64,000 bases of DNA from Nitrospirota bacterium (GTDB lineage: Bacteria; Nitrospirota; UBA9217), in NCBI GenBank assembly GCA_963796285.1, contig CAWCKW010000003.1, forward strand, positions 96,001 to 160,000, written 5' to 3'. Position numbers and translations under genes: made by a program. A model generated the notes under the pieces. It made no database searches. It saw only the letters and a program-made list of their open reading frames with translations, and had not been told where the DNA came from. Positions 1 to 11,341 of the stretch are shown one piece after another. Positions within the stretch are counted from its first letter, which is position 1, and each line of letters opens with the position of its first letter.

Positions 1-598
1 ACTGCTCACGAAGCGTCATTACCGGAACACCCATCAACTTCTCCACCGCCTCGATGAGCTGGTGACGGTGGCGGAATCTTCATGCCCCGCATTTCCCGGT
101 GAACAGGGGAGCACGAAAGAACTGAAGATAAAATACGATCCCCAGGACAAGACCGCGATCCTGCTCGTGAACGGGTTCAACGGGCTCGGACTTCACACGC
201 TTTTCAGCATCATCCGGCTGTTCGGCGGGACCTTTAAAAATTTCGCATTCATCCAGGTCGGCATCGTGGACGCGGGGAACTTCAAGGGAGTGGAAGAGGT
301 CGCCCGCATGAGGACCGATGTCAAGAAAGAGCTGGACCGCTACGTCCACTATATGCGGTGCCATGGATATTATGCCGCGGCATATTCATCGTTCGGCACT
401 GACGTGGTTGACGAGATTGCCAAGGTAACTCCGGAGATCCTTGAAAGGTTCCCGAACGCGATCCTGTTCGGCGGACAGCTCGTATTTCCGAAGACCACAT
501 TTATATCCGGCATGTTTCATAACTATACGATCTTCGCTGTTCAGCGCCGATTTTACAGCGAGGGCATTCCTGTAGTTATCCTCCCCATCCGCGTCTAA
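1..598 (+). CDS. C-terminal part of an APC-superfamily permease (YdaO/KimA-like); 5' end lies outside the window
   Basis: Frame is open from position 2 (LLTKRHYRNTHQLLHRLDEL...) to TAA at 598. The tail TAILLVNGFNGLGLHTL...FGGQLVF...HNYT...Q resembles the cytoplasmic domain of this family. Confidence 0.65.
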   Translation, partial: LLTKRHYRNTHQLLHRLDELVTVAESSCPAFPGEQGSTKELKIKYDPQDKTAILLVNGFNGLGLHTLFSIIRLFGGTFKNFAFIQVGIVDAGNFKGVEEVARMRTDVKKELDRYVHYMRCHGYYAAAYSSFGTDVVDEIAKVTPEILERFPNAILFGGQLVFPKTTFISGMFHNYTIFAVQRRFYSEGIPVVILPIRV

Positions 599-736
599 CC
601 GATGTCCACGCGGACAGGCCATGCAATATGAGCGTCCCGCTGATCGCTCTTTCGCGCCTTTTTCTGATTGATTCTCTCCTGCTGGTTAGGTTACAATTTG
701 AGTACGATGTTTCATCTCAGGTTTGAAGAAGAATCA

Positions 737-1438
737 ATGAAGATAAAACCGTTCCTCTTCGGGATACTTGTTTTCATCCTGTTCACCGGCTCTCAGGCAT
801 CGGTTCTTGCAGCTGCGAAGGAAGACCTCATCATCGAGCACGGCAAACGAGACTCGCAGATGATCGCCCTCACGTTCGATGCCTGCCCTACGACCCTTCC
901 GGATGAATATGACGAAAAGGTCATCGAGATCCTGCTTCGAGAAAAAACACCGGCCACGCTCTTTCTGAGCGGCCGGTGGGTGGAGAAGAACCAGGAAAAG
1001 GTGAAGTTCCTCGCAAGCCAGCCGCAGTTCGAGATCGCGAACCATACCTTCTGGCATCCCCATTTGCTTGAAAAGGACGATGGACGGATTTTGCGTGAGT
1101 TGAAGCGGACGCAGGCAATCATCAAAAAGCTGACCGGCAATACACCGCGTTATTTCCGTCCGCCCTACGGCGAGGTTGATGAGCGGGTAGCCGCTATTGC
1201 AACAACAGCCGGGCTCACGACCATCCAGTTTGATATCGCATCAGGTGATCCGGACGGGAACCTCTCGCCGCAGAGGATCGTGCGCAGTGTGCTCCGGGAA
1301 GCCAAAGGCGGAAGCATCATCGTATTTCATATGAACCGGAGAGGCGTTCACACCGCGGAGATTCTGCCCGACGTCATCGCCGGTCTGCGGAGGAAAGGGT
1401 TTACGCTCGTGACCGTTGCCGAACTGTTGAAAAAGTGA
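737..1438 (+). CDS. Secreted polysaccharide deacetylase (NodB/CE4)
   Basis: Signal peptide; CE4 motifs ALTFDA, NHTFWHP, FRPPYG and IIVFHM. Confidence 0.9.
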   Translation: MKIKPFLFGILVFILFTGSQASVLAAAKEDLIIEHGKRDSQMIALTFDACPTTLPDEYDEKVIEILLREKTPATLFLSGRWVEKNQEKVKFLASQPQFEIANHTFWHPHLLEKDDGRILRELKRTQAIIKKLTGNTPRYFRPPYGEVDERVAAIATTAGLTTIQFDIASGDPDGNLSPQRIVRSVLREAKGGSIIVFHMNRRGVHTAEILPDVIAGLRRKGFTLVTVAELLKK

Positions 1439-1500
1439 CTTTAAAAGGACTACATATTGCATTCATTCTCATTTTGATGTGATCGCATCATATCTCTGTT

Positions 1501-1643
1501 TGCCGCCGAGACGCGGAGGCGCAGAGAAAATCGGTATTATTTTTAATAGGTATATCTCCACGTCTCTGTTTATGGCCGCTCTTTCGTAGCCTGCTGTTGC
1601 CATATCGCGGCCACAGGCAAGAGCAGGCTGCGTCTCTGCGGCA
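1501..1643. repeat. Imperfect inverted repeat of ~9-mer units (CGCAGAGAC type)
   Basis: TGCCGCCGAGACGCGG at 1501 pairs with CTGCGTCTCTGCGGCA at 1628-1643. Confidence 0.6.
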
Positions 1644-1717
1644 TTCTTGCTTTTTATCTTCCGTGACCCCGTCAAAAAGCCCTCGCATTTCCTTTTCTAT
1701 CGGTTATAATATTTCCC

Positions 1718-2719
1718 ATGCAGATCCGGGATATCCTCAAGAACAACCCCCTCGTGCTCGCCCCCATGGCCGGCATTACCGACTTCCCGTTCCGCAGGAT
1801 CTGCAAGGAGCTCGGCGCGGGACTCGTGTTCTCGGAGATGGTGAGCGTCGAAGCGCTGATCCGGGAGCATAAACGCACCCACGGCATGCTCCGCACGGAT
1901 TCGGCCGAGCGTCCCGTCGTGTTCCAGATCTTCGGGTCAAAACCCGCGTCCATGGCAGAGGCAGCTCATATCGTGTCGCAGGGCGACGTGGACTTCATTG
2001 ACATCAACATGGGTTGCCCGGTGCCGAAGATCCTGAAGTCCGGCGCCGGCGCGGCGCTCCTGCGCGACCTCGGACTTGCCAAGGAGATCATGTCCGCTGT
2101 CGTGGGGGCTTCAAAAGTACCGGTCCTGGTCAAGATCCGGCTCGGGTGGGATGCAAAGAGCATCGTCGCCGTGGACCTGGCGCAGGCCGCCGAAGCAGCG
2201 GGAATCGCCGCCGTGACGGTGCATGCGAGGACCAAAGCGCAGGGCTTCTCAGGCCATGCGGACTGGGGTATGATCAGGGTGGTCAAGAAGTCCGCGGGCA
2301 TACCGATCATCGGGAACGGCGATGTGCGTTCCGGACCGGACGCGAAGAGGATGCTGGACGAGACAGGATGCGATGGCGTGATGATCGCCAGGGCGATCCA
2401 GGGCTATCCCTGGATCTTCCGCGAAGCAAAGCAGTATCTCGAAACCGGTCTCGAGCCTGCCCAGCCTTCCCCGGAGGAACGTCAAGCGGTCATGCTCCGC
2501 CATCTGAACGATATGGTAAAACTGCTCGGCGAGTATGCCGGCGTGCGCGAGATGCGCAAGCATCTGTGCTGGTACACGAAAGGCCTGCATGGCGGCGCGG
2601 AGTTCAGAACAACGATCAACCATCTGGTGACCGTAAAAGAGGTGCGGCGGGAGATCGAGGAATACTTTGTCGGCCTGCGAGGAAGCATCGCAACTGTCCA
2701 ACAGGCATCTTGTTGTTAA
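1718..2719 (+). CDS. dusB: tRNA-dihydrouridine synthase DusB
   Basis: Motifs LAPMAGITD, IDINMGCP, VKIRLGW, VTVHART, IGNGD and EMRKHLCWY. Confidence 0.95.
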   Translation: MQIRDILKNNPLVLAPMAGITDFPFRRICKELGAGLVFSEMVSVEALIREHKRTHGMLRTDSAERPVVFQIFGSKPASMAEAAHIVSQGDVDFIDINMGCPVPKILKSGAGAALLRDLGLAKEIMSAVVGASKVPVLVKIRLGWDAKSIVAVDLAQAAEAAGIAAVTVHARTKAQGFSGHADWGMIRVVKKSAGIPIIGNGDVRSGPDAKRMLDETGCDGVMIARAIQGYPWIFREAKQYLETGLEPAQPSPEERQAVMLRHLNDMVKLLGEYAGVREMRKHLCWYTKGLHGGAEFRTTINHLVTVKEVRREIEEYFVGLRGSIATVQQASCC

Positions 2720-2756
2720 TTCCGGCTTCGACTCAACACAAGGGAACGATACACGC

Positions 2757-3143
2757 ATGACAATAAATAAGACAGGGCCGGAGAATGACAGGAAGGACCA
2801 GATCATTGCCGAGGCCCGGCGCAACCGGGAACTCCGCGAGCAGACCTATCGGGACCAGGCGCTCAAGCTGTACCCCTCGATCTGTGCGCGGTGTGGTCGA
2901 GAATTTTCAGGGAAAAAACTCCGCGAGCTGACGGTCCATCACAAGGACCACAATCACGACAACAACCCGCCGGACGGCAGCAACTGGGAACTGCTCTGTC
3001 TCTATTGCCACGACAATGAGCACCAGGAGTATCTGGATGAGGAATCGTTCGGGAAAATCGCGCCGGGCGGCAATAAAGAGCCTTCCGCTACGCACAAGCC
3101 CTTCGCTGCGCTCGAGGCATTGCTGAAGAATAAAAACAAATAA
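2757..3143 (+). CDS. yajD: YajD-family HNH nuclease
   Basis: YRDQALKLYP.CARCGREF...LTVHHKDHNHDNNPPDGSNWELLCLYCHDNEH and C-terminal THKPFA. Confidence 0.92.
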   Translation: MTINKTGPENDRKDQIIAEARRNRELREQTYRDQALKLYPSICARCGREFSGKKLRELTVHHKDHNHDNNPPDGSNWELLCLYCHDNEHQEYLDEESFGKIAPGGNKEPSATHKPFAALEALLKNKNK

Positions 3144-3427
3144 GTTCATGGTGAGTTGTACCGATTCTAGCGGCAATATGCCCTGATGCAAACCTGCACA
3201 ACGATATTATGGTGAACATCTGATAGTTATGCTCCGTCGCATGCCGCGACGCATCGTTATTTATGCTTGAGCCCAATGCAAGCTTCTGTTATTATTCATT
3301 CGCTGTATAATGATGCACGCAGACCGGCACTATTCAACCGCAAAGCTTGACGCAGGTCCTTCATGCGTAAAAAGAGGATAATTCCGGACGAACAGGGCAG
3401 TGCCATCCCAGGATATAAGGTGCTTAA

Positions 3428-4306
3428 ATGAAAATTCTCCTCATCGGGAAGACCGGTCAGATCGGAAGCAATATCCTGCGAAACAATATCCATCACCGGA
3501 TCTATGCCCCTGAACGGGCGAGCGTCGATATCTGCTCGCGGGACGCGATCAATAACGTGATCGATGATTACCAGCCCGAGGTAGTCATCAATGCGACCTC
3601 CTTTCACGATGTCCCCCTGTGCGAAGCCGATCCACTTCGCGCTTTTACGGTGAACTGCGTGGCGGTACGGGATCTGGCCGTTGCCTGTGACCGTATCGGT
3701 TCCCTCTTTGTCACCTTCAGCACTGATTATGTGTTTGACGGTGAAAAGCGGGCGGCCTACCAGGAGGACGACAAGCCCGCGCCTCTCCAACTGTACGGTA
3801 TTTCGCGCCTAGCCGGCGAATATGCGGCGTTGTCCGCGGCCTCCGAGAACACCATCATCATCAGGACCTGCGGACTCTACGGTATCTCCGGATCATCGTC
3901 CAATGGCGCTAACTTTGTTGATCAGCGTATTCAGGATGCGAAGACCCATGCATCACTGGCCATGGGAGGCGACCAGGTCGTCTCCCCCACGTATACCCAT
4001 GACCTGAGCACGGCGGTCTTGCAGCTCATTGAACATCCTCAGAGGACACCGGGTGTTTACCATCTCGTGAACGAAGGGAAATGCAGCTGGTATGAGTTCA
4101 CCAAAGCGATCTTCGAGATCATGGGGCTCACGGTCAAGCTGAACCCCATGGACCGCAGCGGGAAAAGCGGCGACATGAAACGGCCGCTCTATACGGCCCT
4201 CACGAACACCAAGGCGCGGGCACTCGGAATCATGCTGCCGCCCTGGCGGGATGCGCTGGAACGGTATTTGGTGAAGAAATATCAGATAAGCGGCAGGCGG
4301 AAATGA
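3428..4306 (+). CDS. rfbD: dTDP-4-dehydrorhamnose reductase
   Basis: GxTGQIG, STDYVFDG, YGISR (the usual Lys is Arg), DQ..SPTY and RP.Y..L motifs. Confidence 0.88.
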   Translation: MKILLIGKTGQIGSNILRNNIHHRIYAPERASVDICSRDAINNVIDDYQPEVVINATSFHDVPLCEADPLRAFTVNCVAVRDLAVACDRIGSLFVTFSTDYVFDGEKRAAYQEDDKPAPLQLYGISRLAGEYAALSAASENTIIIRTCGLYGISGSSSNGANFVDQRIQDAKTHASLAMGGDQVVSPTYTHDLSTAVLQLIEHPQRTPGVYHLVNEGKCSWYEFTKAIFEIMGLTVKLNPMDRSGKSGDMKRPLYTALTNTKARALGIMLPPWRDALERYLVKKYQISGRRK

Positions 4307-4420
4307 ATGACTCTCAACTCGTGATGCGTCGTCAACGTTGTCCTTCGTTGCAGAGATCGCGCGTCGGTGCAATGCTCAGATACGTCAGGAAATGAATAAG
4401 CAGGCGGGCATACGTTCATT

Positions 4421-4735
4421 TCACGATGATTCGCTATTGCCTGGGCTATGTTTATCCATTATTTTTTCCAGCATACGGACAATGCCGGTTCCCAGTGTAA
4501 AGAGCGATTCAATGGGAAGGTTCTTTTCGGCCGTATCGTCGAAGAACAGGTGAAGTCTGGATTCAAGATCATCTTCGGGCTTCCAGTAGCAAACCAGGAT
4601 CGGTACTTTGGGAAAGGGATAGAGAACCACGGAGATATCCGATGAGAATTTATTAAAAGACGACTCGCCGCTGAACATGCTGATCAGGTCCTCGAAAAGT
4701 TCTCCATGTGCATCGGCAATCTGCTTCAGCGGTTG
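4421..4735 (-). pseudogene. 5'-truncated remnant of a DUF3786-type protein
   Basis: QPLKQIADAHGELFEDLISMFSG...LYPFPKVPILVCYWKPEDDLES.L.LFFD.TAEKNL begins right after the uup stop codon with no RBS. Confidence 0.65.
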
Positions 4736-6632
4736 TTACCCCCTCAATGCCTCCAGTTCATCCCATCGCTGATACGCCTCGGCAAGTTCGCTCTCCAATG
4801 CGTCAAGCCGTGCCTTGGTCGCTGAAACCTTATCGCCGCTGCTGCGATAAAATGCCGGATCAGCCATGACCGCAATGATCTGCTGTTGCTCCGCATCGAG
4901 TTCTTCAATGCGCTTCGGCAGGGTCTCGATCTCTTTTTGTTCCTTAAAACTCAGCTTGCGCGGCCTCTCTTTCTGAGGACCCGGTGCGATCATTTTTTCC
5001 ACAGACTTGGCAGGGACCGCGGCCGTCTCATTCTTCCGCGTGCTCTGGCGCAGCCAGTCGTCATATCCTCCGACATATTCATTCACCCTGCCGTCGCCTT
5101 CGAACACGAGCGTGCTGGTGACGACATCGTTGATGAACGCGCGGTCGTGGCTCACCAGCAGCACGGTGCCGGGATAGTCCATTAAAAGCTCTTCAAGCAG
5201 ATCGAGCGTCTCGATGTCCAGATCGTTCGTAGGCTCATCGAGCACCAGGACGTTCGAGGGCTGGGTAAAGAGCTTCGCGAGCAGGAGCCGGTTCCGCTCG
5301 CCGCCGGACAGGACCTTCACGGGGCTGCGGGCGCGGGCGGGCGCGAACAGAAAATCCTGCAAATAGCCGATGACATGCCGCCGGATGCCGTTGATGGTCA
5401 CGTGGTCGCTGCCGTTCGCGACGTTGTCCTGAACGGTCTTGTCATCATCGAGCTGTGCGCGGTGCTGGTCGAGGTACGCCACTTCGAGGTTCGTGCCGTG
5501 CTTCACCGTGCCCTTTTCGCGGCTTCAGATCCCCCAGCAGGATCTTGAGCAGCGTGGTCTTGCCCGAGCCGTTCGGCCCGATGATGCCGATCTTGTCTCC
5601 CCGAATGATGGTCGTGGACAGGTCGCGGATAACGTCGGTGCCATTGTACCCGTGGCTCACGCCCGTTGCCTCGATCACCAGCTTGCCCGTGCGCTCCGCC
5701 TCCTGCATCTGCATGCGCGCCGCGCCGATCACTTCCCGCCGCTCGCTCCTGGTCTTTCGCAGCGCCTTGAGCTCCCGCACGCGGCCTTCGTTCCTTGTCC
5801 TGCGCGCCTTGACACCCTGGCGGATCCATACCTCTTCAGCGGCAAGCTTTTTGTCGAACTTCGCGTTCTCCACGGCCTCGGAATCGAGGGCCGCCTGTTT
5901 CAGTTCCAGATAGGCCTGGTAATTGCCGGGCCAGCTCGTGAGCCTGCCGCGGTCAAGATCAACGATGCGCGTCGCGAGCTTCTGGAGCAGCATGCGGTCG
6001 TGGGTCACGAAGAGCAGGGTCCCGCCGAAGGTGAGCAGAAATTCCTCGAGCCAGGCAATGGCATCGATGTCCAGGTGGTTCGTGGGCTCGTCCAGCAGCA
6101 GAAGGTCCGGAGCGCCCGCCAATGCCCTGGCCAGCAGAACGCGCCGCTTGAGCCCGCCCGAGAGCTCCGAGAACTCGGCGTCCTCGGGAAGCTTGAGCCG
6201 CGTCAGGATCTCATCGACGCGCTGCTGCATCTGCCATCCGCCGGCTGACTCGAACTTGTGCTGCACATCCTCGAGCTCAGCCATGAGCTTCTCACTGTGG
6301 TCGTGGGCCAGCCTGGCGCTCACATGATGATATGCCGCAAGCAGCTTCCCCTGCTCGCCGAACGCGCTCGAAACAACATCGAACACGCTGCCGAAAAGCG
6401 CCTGCGGGACCTCCTGCGTCAGGAGCGTGATCTTCACCCCCTGTTGAAACACGATCTTGCCCCCGTCGGGCTGGATCTCGCCCGTGATGAGCTTCATGAT
6501 CGTGGACTTGCCCGTGCCGTTCCGTCCGACCAGACAGACCCGCTCCCCGCGGTCGATCGAGAGATCGACCCCTTCGAGCAGCAGCGGCCCGCCGAAACTG
6601 ACCTTGACGTCCTGTAAACTGACCAATGCCAT
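4736..6632 (-). CDS. uup: ABC-F ATPase Uup, split by a +1 frameshift near 5511
   Basis: Two ABC domains (GRNGTGKST, LSGG, LDEPTNHLD; GPNGSGKTT, LSGGE, LDEPTNDLD), linker EEVWIRQGVKARRTRNEGRVR, and C-terminal KLSFKEQ. Removing one base restores PRKGTVKHGTNL. Confidence 0.93.
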
Positions 6633-6852
6633 ACCATACCCCGTTCTTTATCATTGTGTTGCGCCCGCACAATGTACTCCCGGGCGTGTTGAATTGCAAC
6701 CGAAAACAGGGCTCTCTTTGGCACGTTCCGCCGTGGGTAATAACAGGAGCGAGGTGATAAGAAGTTTGCTAAAGACGGACGTTGTGATAATATAGTTGAG
6801 AAGAACGACGCGCCATAATTAGCCATATCAATCAACAGAAGGTGAGTTTGTC

Positions 6853-7053
6853 ATGAAGGAGCAGCAGATCATAGACGGTCTCAAGCCAATATGCCTGTGC
6901 AAAGGGATCAAAAAGAGTGTTTACCTCAAGCACATCAAGGCCGGCTTGACGACCGTTGAAGAATTAAAAAAGGCCACTGGCGCCGGTTCCGGTTCATGCA
7001 AGGGGAAGCGATGTACGCCGCGCATTATCGAATTGCTCAAATCAAGGGAATAG
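6853..7053 (+). CDS. BFD-like [2Fe-2S]-binding protein
   Basis: ICLCKGI...TGAGSGSCKGKRC.PRI. Confidence 0.85.
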   Translation: MKEQQIIDGLKPICLCKGIKKSVYLKHIKAGLTTVEELKKATGAGSGSCKGKRCTPRIIELLKSRE

Positions 7054-7114
7054 TCCTACGCGCAGAGGACAAAACTCAATCTACGCGCTAAGCACTTTTA
7101 CCCTTTCGTCACCG

Positions 7115-7143
7115 TTGACAGCATCCAAGATCAGGCATATATT
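7115..7143 (+). promoter_or_regulatory. Sigma70-type promoter of the nitroreductase
   Basis: TTGACA-17 nt-TATATT. Confidence 0.7.
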
Positions 7144-7178
7144 CGTTCAATATGACGATACAAAAGGAGGGGGGTAAA

Positions 7179-7670
7179 ATGCTGAAAACGATCAACACGC
7201 GCCGCAGCGTCAGGAAATTCAAGTCAACCGCTGTCAGCGACAAGGATATTCACGATTTACTTGAAGCTGCCATGAATGCGCCGTCCGCGGTCAATGAACA
7301 GGCATGGCAGTTCGTGGTCATGTCCGGAAAAGTCCTCGATGACTTCCTGGCCATCAATGGGAACACGCCGAAAACCGCCCCTGTTGCTATTCTTGTGTGT
7401 CAGGATCTTGCGGCGGAAAAGGCAACGGGTTATTCCGTGCAGGACTGCGCGGCCGCGACCCAGAACATTCTGCTCGCAGCCCATTCAAAAGCCCTGGGCA
7501 CCGTCTGGACAACCGTTTTTCCAGACAACGTCAAGGCGGTGCAAGCGCTGCTGAACATTCCGGAAAATGTCCGCCCTTTCTCCTGCGTGCCCGTTGGCTA
7601 TAGCGCCGAGGGTGAAAAGAACACAACCAGCAGATTTGATGAGAAGAAAATACATAGGCAATCCTGGTGA
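7179..7670 (+). CDS. Nitroreductase family protein
   Basis: RRSVRKF, APSAVNEQAWQFVV, QDCAAATQNILLAAH..GLG-like motif; RBS AAGGAGG. Confidence 0.93.
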   Translation: MLKTINTRRSVRKFKSTAVSDKDIHDLLEAAMNAPSAVNEQAWQFVVMSGKVLDDFLAINGNTPKTAPVAILVCQDLAAEKATGYSVQDCAAATQNILLAAHSKALGTVWTTVFPDNVKAVQALLNIPENVRPFSCVPVGYSAEGEKNTTSRFDEKKIHRQSW

Positions 7671-7827
7671 GAAGTCTACCGCCATTTTACTGTGGGTTTC
7701 TTCCTGTATTTGTTGAAGTTTCCATTTTCTGCAACACATAAGGTTACAAGCTGAATTTAGCAGCTTTAGCATGAAAAAGAGCTAGCGTACAGTTTCGATA
7801 AATAACAACAATATAACATTGGTCAGA

Positions 7828-7855
7828 TTGACAAACATTGCGCAGATGCTAGAAT
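7828..7855 (+). promoter_or_regulatory. Sigma70-type promoter about 210 nt upstream of the surface lipoprotein
   Basis: TTGACA-16 nt-TAGAAT with an extended TG. Confidence 0.65.
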
Positions 7856-7964
7856 TAATATAAAGAGACTGTCGGGGCTGGTTTTATTCACCACGATAGA
7901 GCACAAAATAGCCAAATATTGCGCTCATCTATCCCGCGGCAAAATTTATTATCGGCGCATCTTC

Positions 7965-8006
7965 AAAAACGCCTTTTTCGGAAAGTTGGAAAAGGCGTTT
8001 TGTTTT
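7965..8006 (+). terminator. Terminator-like hairpin inside the 5' leader
   Basis: AAAACGCCTTTT...AAAAGGCGTTTT followed by GTTTT. Confidence 0.65.
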
Positions 8007-8069
8007 ACGACATGGGAATCTAACAGGACGGATAATCCAAAACCTCCTGGAGGTATAAGAAGGTATAAC

Positions 8070-11000
8070 ATGAAACGATTACTCAGTTTATTGGTTGTGT
8101 TTTTTTTAGCGGTTTTTTTGCTGTCTAACTGCAGTGGAGGAGGGGGCGGCGGTACAAACTCCACGTACACCGTAACTTATGATGGCAACGGCAACACCGG
8201 CGGTAGCGTCCCGACTGACACGAACAATTATCAGCAAGGTCAGACCGTTACAGTGCTCGGTAATACAGGCAACCTCGTAAAGACCGGCTATTCCTTCATA
8301 GGCTGGAACTCGCTACCGAATGGATCCGGCACGACCTATACACAGGCGCAGACCTTCACGATGGGTTCGGCAAATGTTACCCTGTACGCCAAGTGGACCT
8401 CAAACCCTACATACTCCGTGACGTATAAGGGCAACGACTATACCGGTGGCAGCGTCCCGATCGACACAACCCATTATGAACAGGGGCAGTCCGTTACGGT
8501 GCTTGGAAATTCAGGCTATCTTGAAAGGACGGGATATTCCTTCTCAGGTTGGAACACGCAGGCGGACGGGTCTGGCACGACCTATACACAGGCGCAGACC
8601 TTCACGATGGGTTCGGCAAATGTTACCTTGTATGCCAAGTGGACCGTAAACCCCACTTACACCCTAACCTATGACGGCAACGGAAATACCAGCGGCAACG
8701 TCCCGATTGACACAGCCAATTATGAGCAGGGGCAGCTTGTTACGGTACTCGGAAATACGGGAAGCCTCATAAAAAGCGGGTATGCCTTCTCGGGCTGGAA
8801 CACGCAAGCTAACGGAACCGGAATAACGTATGCGGAACCGCAGACCTTCACGATGGGTGCTGTAAATATCACACTGTACGCGATGTGGACCGCAGGCCCC
8901 ACATATACCGTAACCTACGACGGCAACGGCAATACCGGCGGCAGCGTCCCGATCGACACAACTAACTATGTGCAGGGGCAGACTGTTGCGGTATTCGCCA
9001 ATCCCGGTATTAAAGCAGGGTATTCCTTCTCAGGTTGGAACATGGCTGGCTGACGGGTCCGGCATGACCTATACACAGGCGCAGACCTTCACGATGGGTT
9101 CGGCAAATATCACTCTGTACGCAATGTGGACCGAAAATGTCCCGCGCTTCCTATACGTGGCTTCTTATGACTATCCCGGTGTTTCAAACTATGCGCTTGA
9201 TGTATCTACTGGGCGCCTGAAGCTTACTGGCAGAGTCTGGGTGGGACCGGGTCCCATCACGTTAGCTCCTTCGGGGAAGTTCGCCTACATTGCAAATGAA
9301 AACAGGAGTATTTCTCAGTGCACGATCGGCGCGGATGGTACACTCTCGGCTATGAATCCGGCCACGGTCGCGGCGGGGTGGTATCCCAGCTCCGTCACGG
9401 TTGACCCCTCCGGCAAGTTTGCCTACGTTGCGAACGATGTCGACAACACCGTCTCGCAGTACAAGATCGGCTCCAACGGGGCGCTCTCACCTATGACCCC
9501 GGCTACGGTCGTAACGGGGTTGTATCCTAGAGCCGTCACGGTCGACCCCTCGGGCAAGTACGCTTACGTAGCGAACAGCGGCGACAACACCTTCTCGCAG
9601 TACAAGATCGGCACAGGCGGGACGCTCTCAGCCATGACCCCGTCCACGGCAGCCTCGGGACGGAATCCGAGCTCCATCACCATCGACCCTTTAGGCAAGT
9701 TTGCATACGTAGCGCACTACTACGACAACACCGTCTCGCAGTACATGATTAACGCCGCAACTGGTATACTCTCACCAATGACCCCGTCCACGGTCGCTGC
9801 GGGGTCGGGTCCGTTCTCCGTCACGGTCGACCCCTCAGGCAAATACGCTTACGTTGCAAACTTGGAAGACGACACCATATCTCAATACTCGATCGACGCG
9901 ACAACTGGAGCTCTTTCGCCAATGACCCCGTCCACGGTCGCTGTGGGGTCGAGTCCAAGATCCGTCACAGTCGACCCCTCGGGTAAATACGTTTACGTGC
10001 TGGGGGGCACCTTCTCGCTGTACACGATCGGCTCCAACGGGGCGCTCACGCCGAATTCTCCGGCAACAATCATAACACAGCCTCTCGCGTTTTCTCTGGC
10101 GATCAGTTATGGCACGACCCCGGCGGCTGCAGTAGCAAAGTACGCCTACGTAGCGAACTACGGTGACAACACTGTCTCGCAGTTCACGATCAACGCGACG
10201 ACGGGCGCCCTCTCGCCATTGACCCCATCCACAGTTACGGCGGGGTCGGGTCCTATTTCCATTACGGTAGACGCCTTGGGCAAGTACGCCTACGTAGCGA
10301 ACTCACGATGACAATACCCTCTCGCAGTACACGATCGCAACAGGGGGGCCGCTCTCAGCCATGGCTTACCATGCCACGGTCGCGACAGGGAAGTCTCCCA
10401 GTTCCGTCACAGCCGATCTGTTTGGCAGATCATGTCTTTGTAACAAACTACAGCGACAGCACCGTATCGCAGTACTATGACGTTGATTCCAAGGGCAGCC
10501 TCTACACACCTTGGCCCATGCCCGCGGTCGCCACGGGGTTGGGTCCCGCGTCCGTCACTATCGACCCTTCTGGCATGTACGCCTACGTGGCGAACTTCGG
10601 CGATAACACCGTCTCGCAGTATATGATTGATACGTCAGGTCTTGCGCTCTCATCAATGACCCCTTCCACGGTCGCTGCGGGGTCGGGTCCAATATCCGTC
10701 ACGGTCGACCTCTTGGGCAAATACGCCTACGTGGCGAACGAAGGCGACAACAGCGTCTCGCAGTATACGATCGATGCGTCGAGTGGTGCGCTCTCATCAA
10801 TGACCCCATCTACGGTCGAAACGGGGTCGGGTCCAAGATCAATCACGGTCGACCCATCGGGCAAGTACGCCTACGTAGCGAACAAAGGCGACAACAGCAT
10901 CTCGCAGTACACGATCAGCGCGACGACCGGTGCGCTCTCATCAATGACCCCATTTACGGTCGCAGCGGGGTCGGGTCCCAGCTCCGTGACCATCGATCCC

Positions 11001-11156
11001 TCGGGCAATTACGCCTACGTGACGAACGAAGGCGACAATAGCATCTCGCAGTACACGATCAGCGCGACGACCGGCGCGCTCTCATCAATGACCCCATCTA
11101 CGGTCGGGGCGGGCTTATTACCCCGCGCCATCACAATCGTAGGCAGCTATCAATAA
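8070..11156 (+). CDS. Surface lipoprotein: four Listeria/Bacteroides (InlB B-type) repeats plus many lactonase/YVTN-like beta-propeller blades; three +1 frameshifts (~9045, ~10303, ~10430)
   Basis: Lipobox-like LSNC followed by a Gly linker; repeats YTVTYDGNGNTGGSVP...GYSF.GWN...LYAKW; ~44-aa blades P.SVTVDPSGKYAYVAN..DNTVSQY.I. Confidence 0.85.
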
Positions 11157-11341
11157 ACTGCGGCATGCCCGGCGCTGGGACACAATACAAACTTTGGGGC
11201 GATCGACGTTGCAAGTTCCAACTAGTATTTTGCAATATTTTTTACCAAAAGGTAATGCACACTCGTAGGTGAAGTAAACATCCGCCAGATAACATCGCGC
11301 TTCAAGATTTGCAGATGAAATCTCCAAGGCTGTCTGTCCCT

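Noticed and set aside
2757-4306. HNH nuclease plus orphan rfbD as a defence island or mobile element
   Set aside because: YajD is a widespread stand-alone chromosomal HNH protein, and no integrase, methylase or flanking repeats are present.
5505-5525. Programmed frameshift in uup at CGA-AAA-GGG
   Set aside because: It needs a +1 shift, not the -1 shift such motifs promote, and it is one of eight similar single-base insertions best explained by sequence error.
9300-11110. Regularly spaced ~132-135-bp repeats as a CRISPR array or DGR template/variable repeats
   Set aside because: They are in-frame coding propeller blades; there are no unique spacers, cas genes, reverse transcriptase or adenine-specific mismatch pattern.
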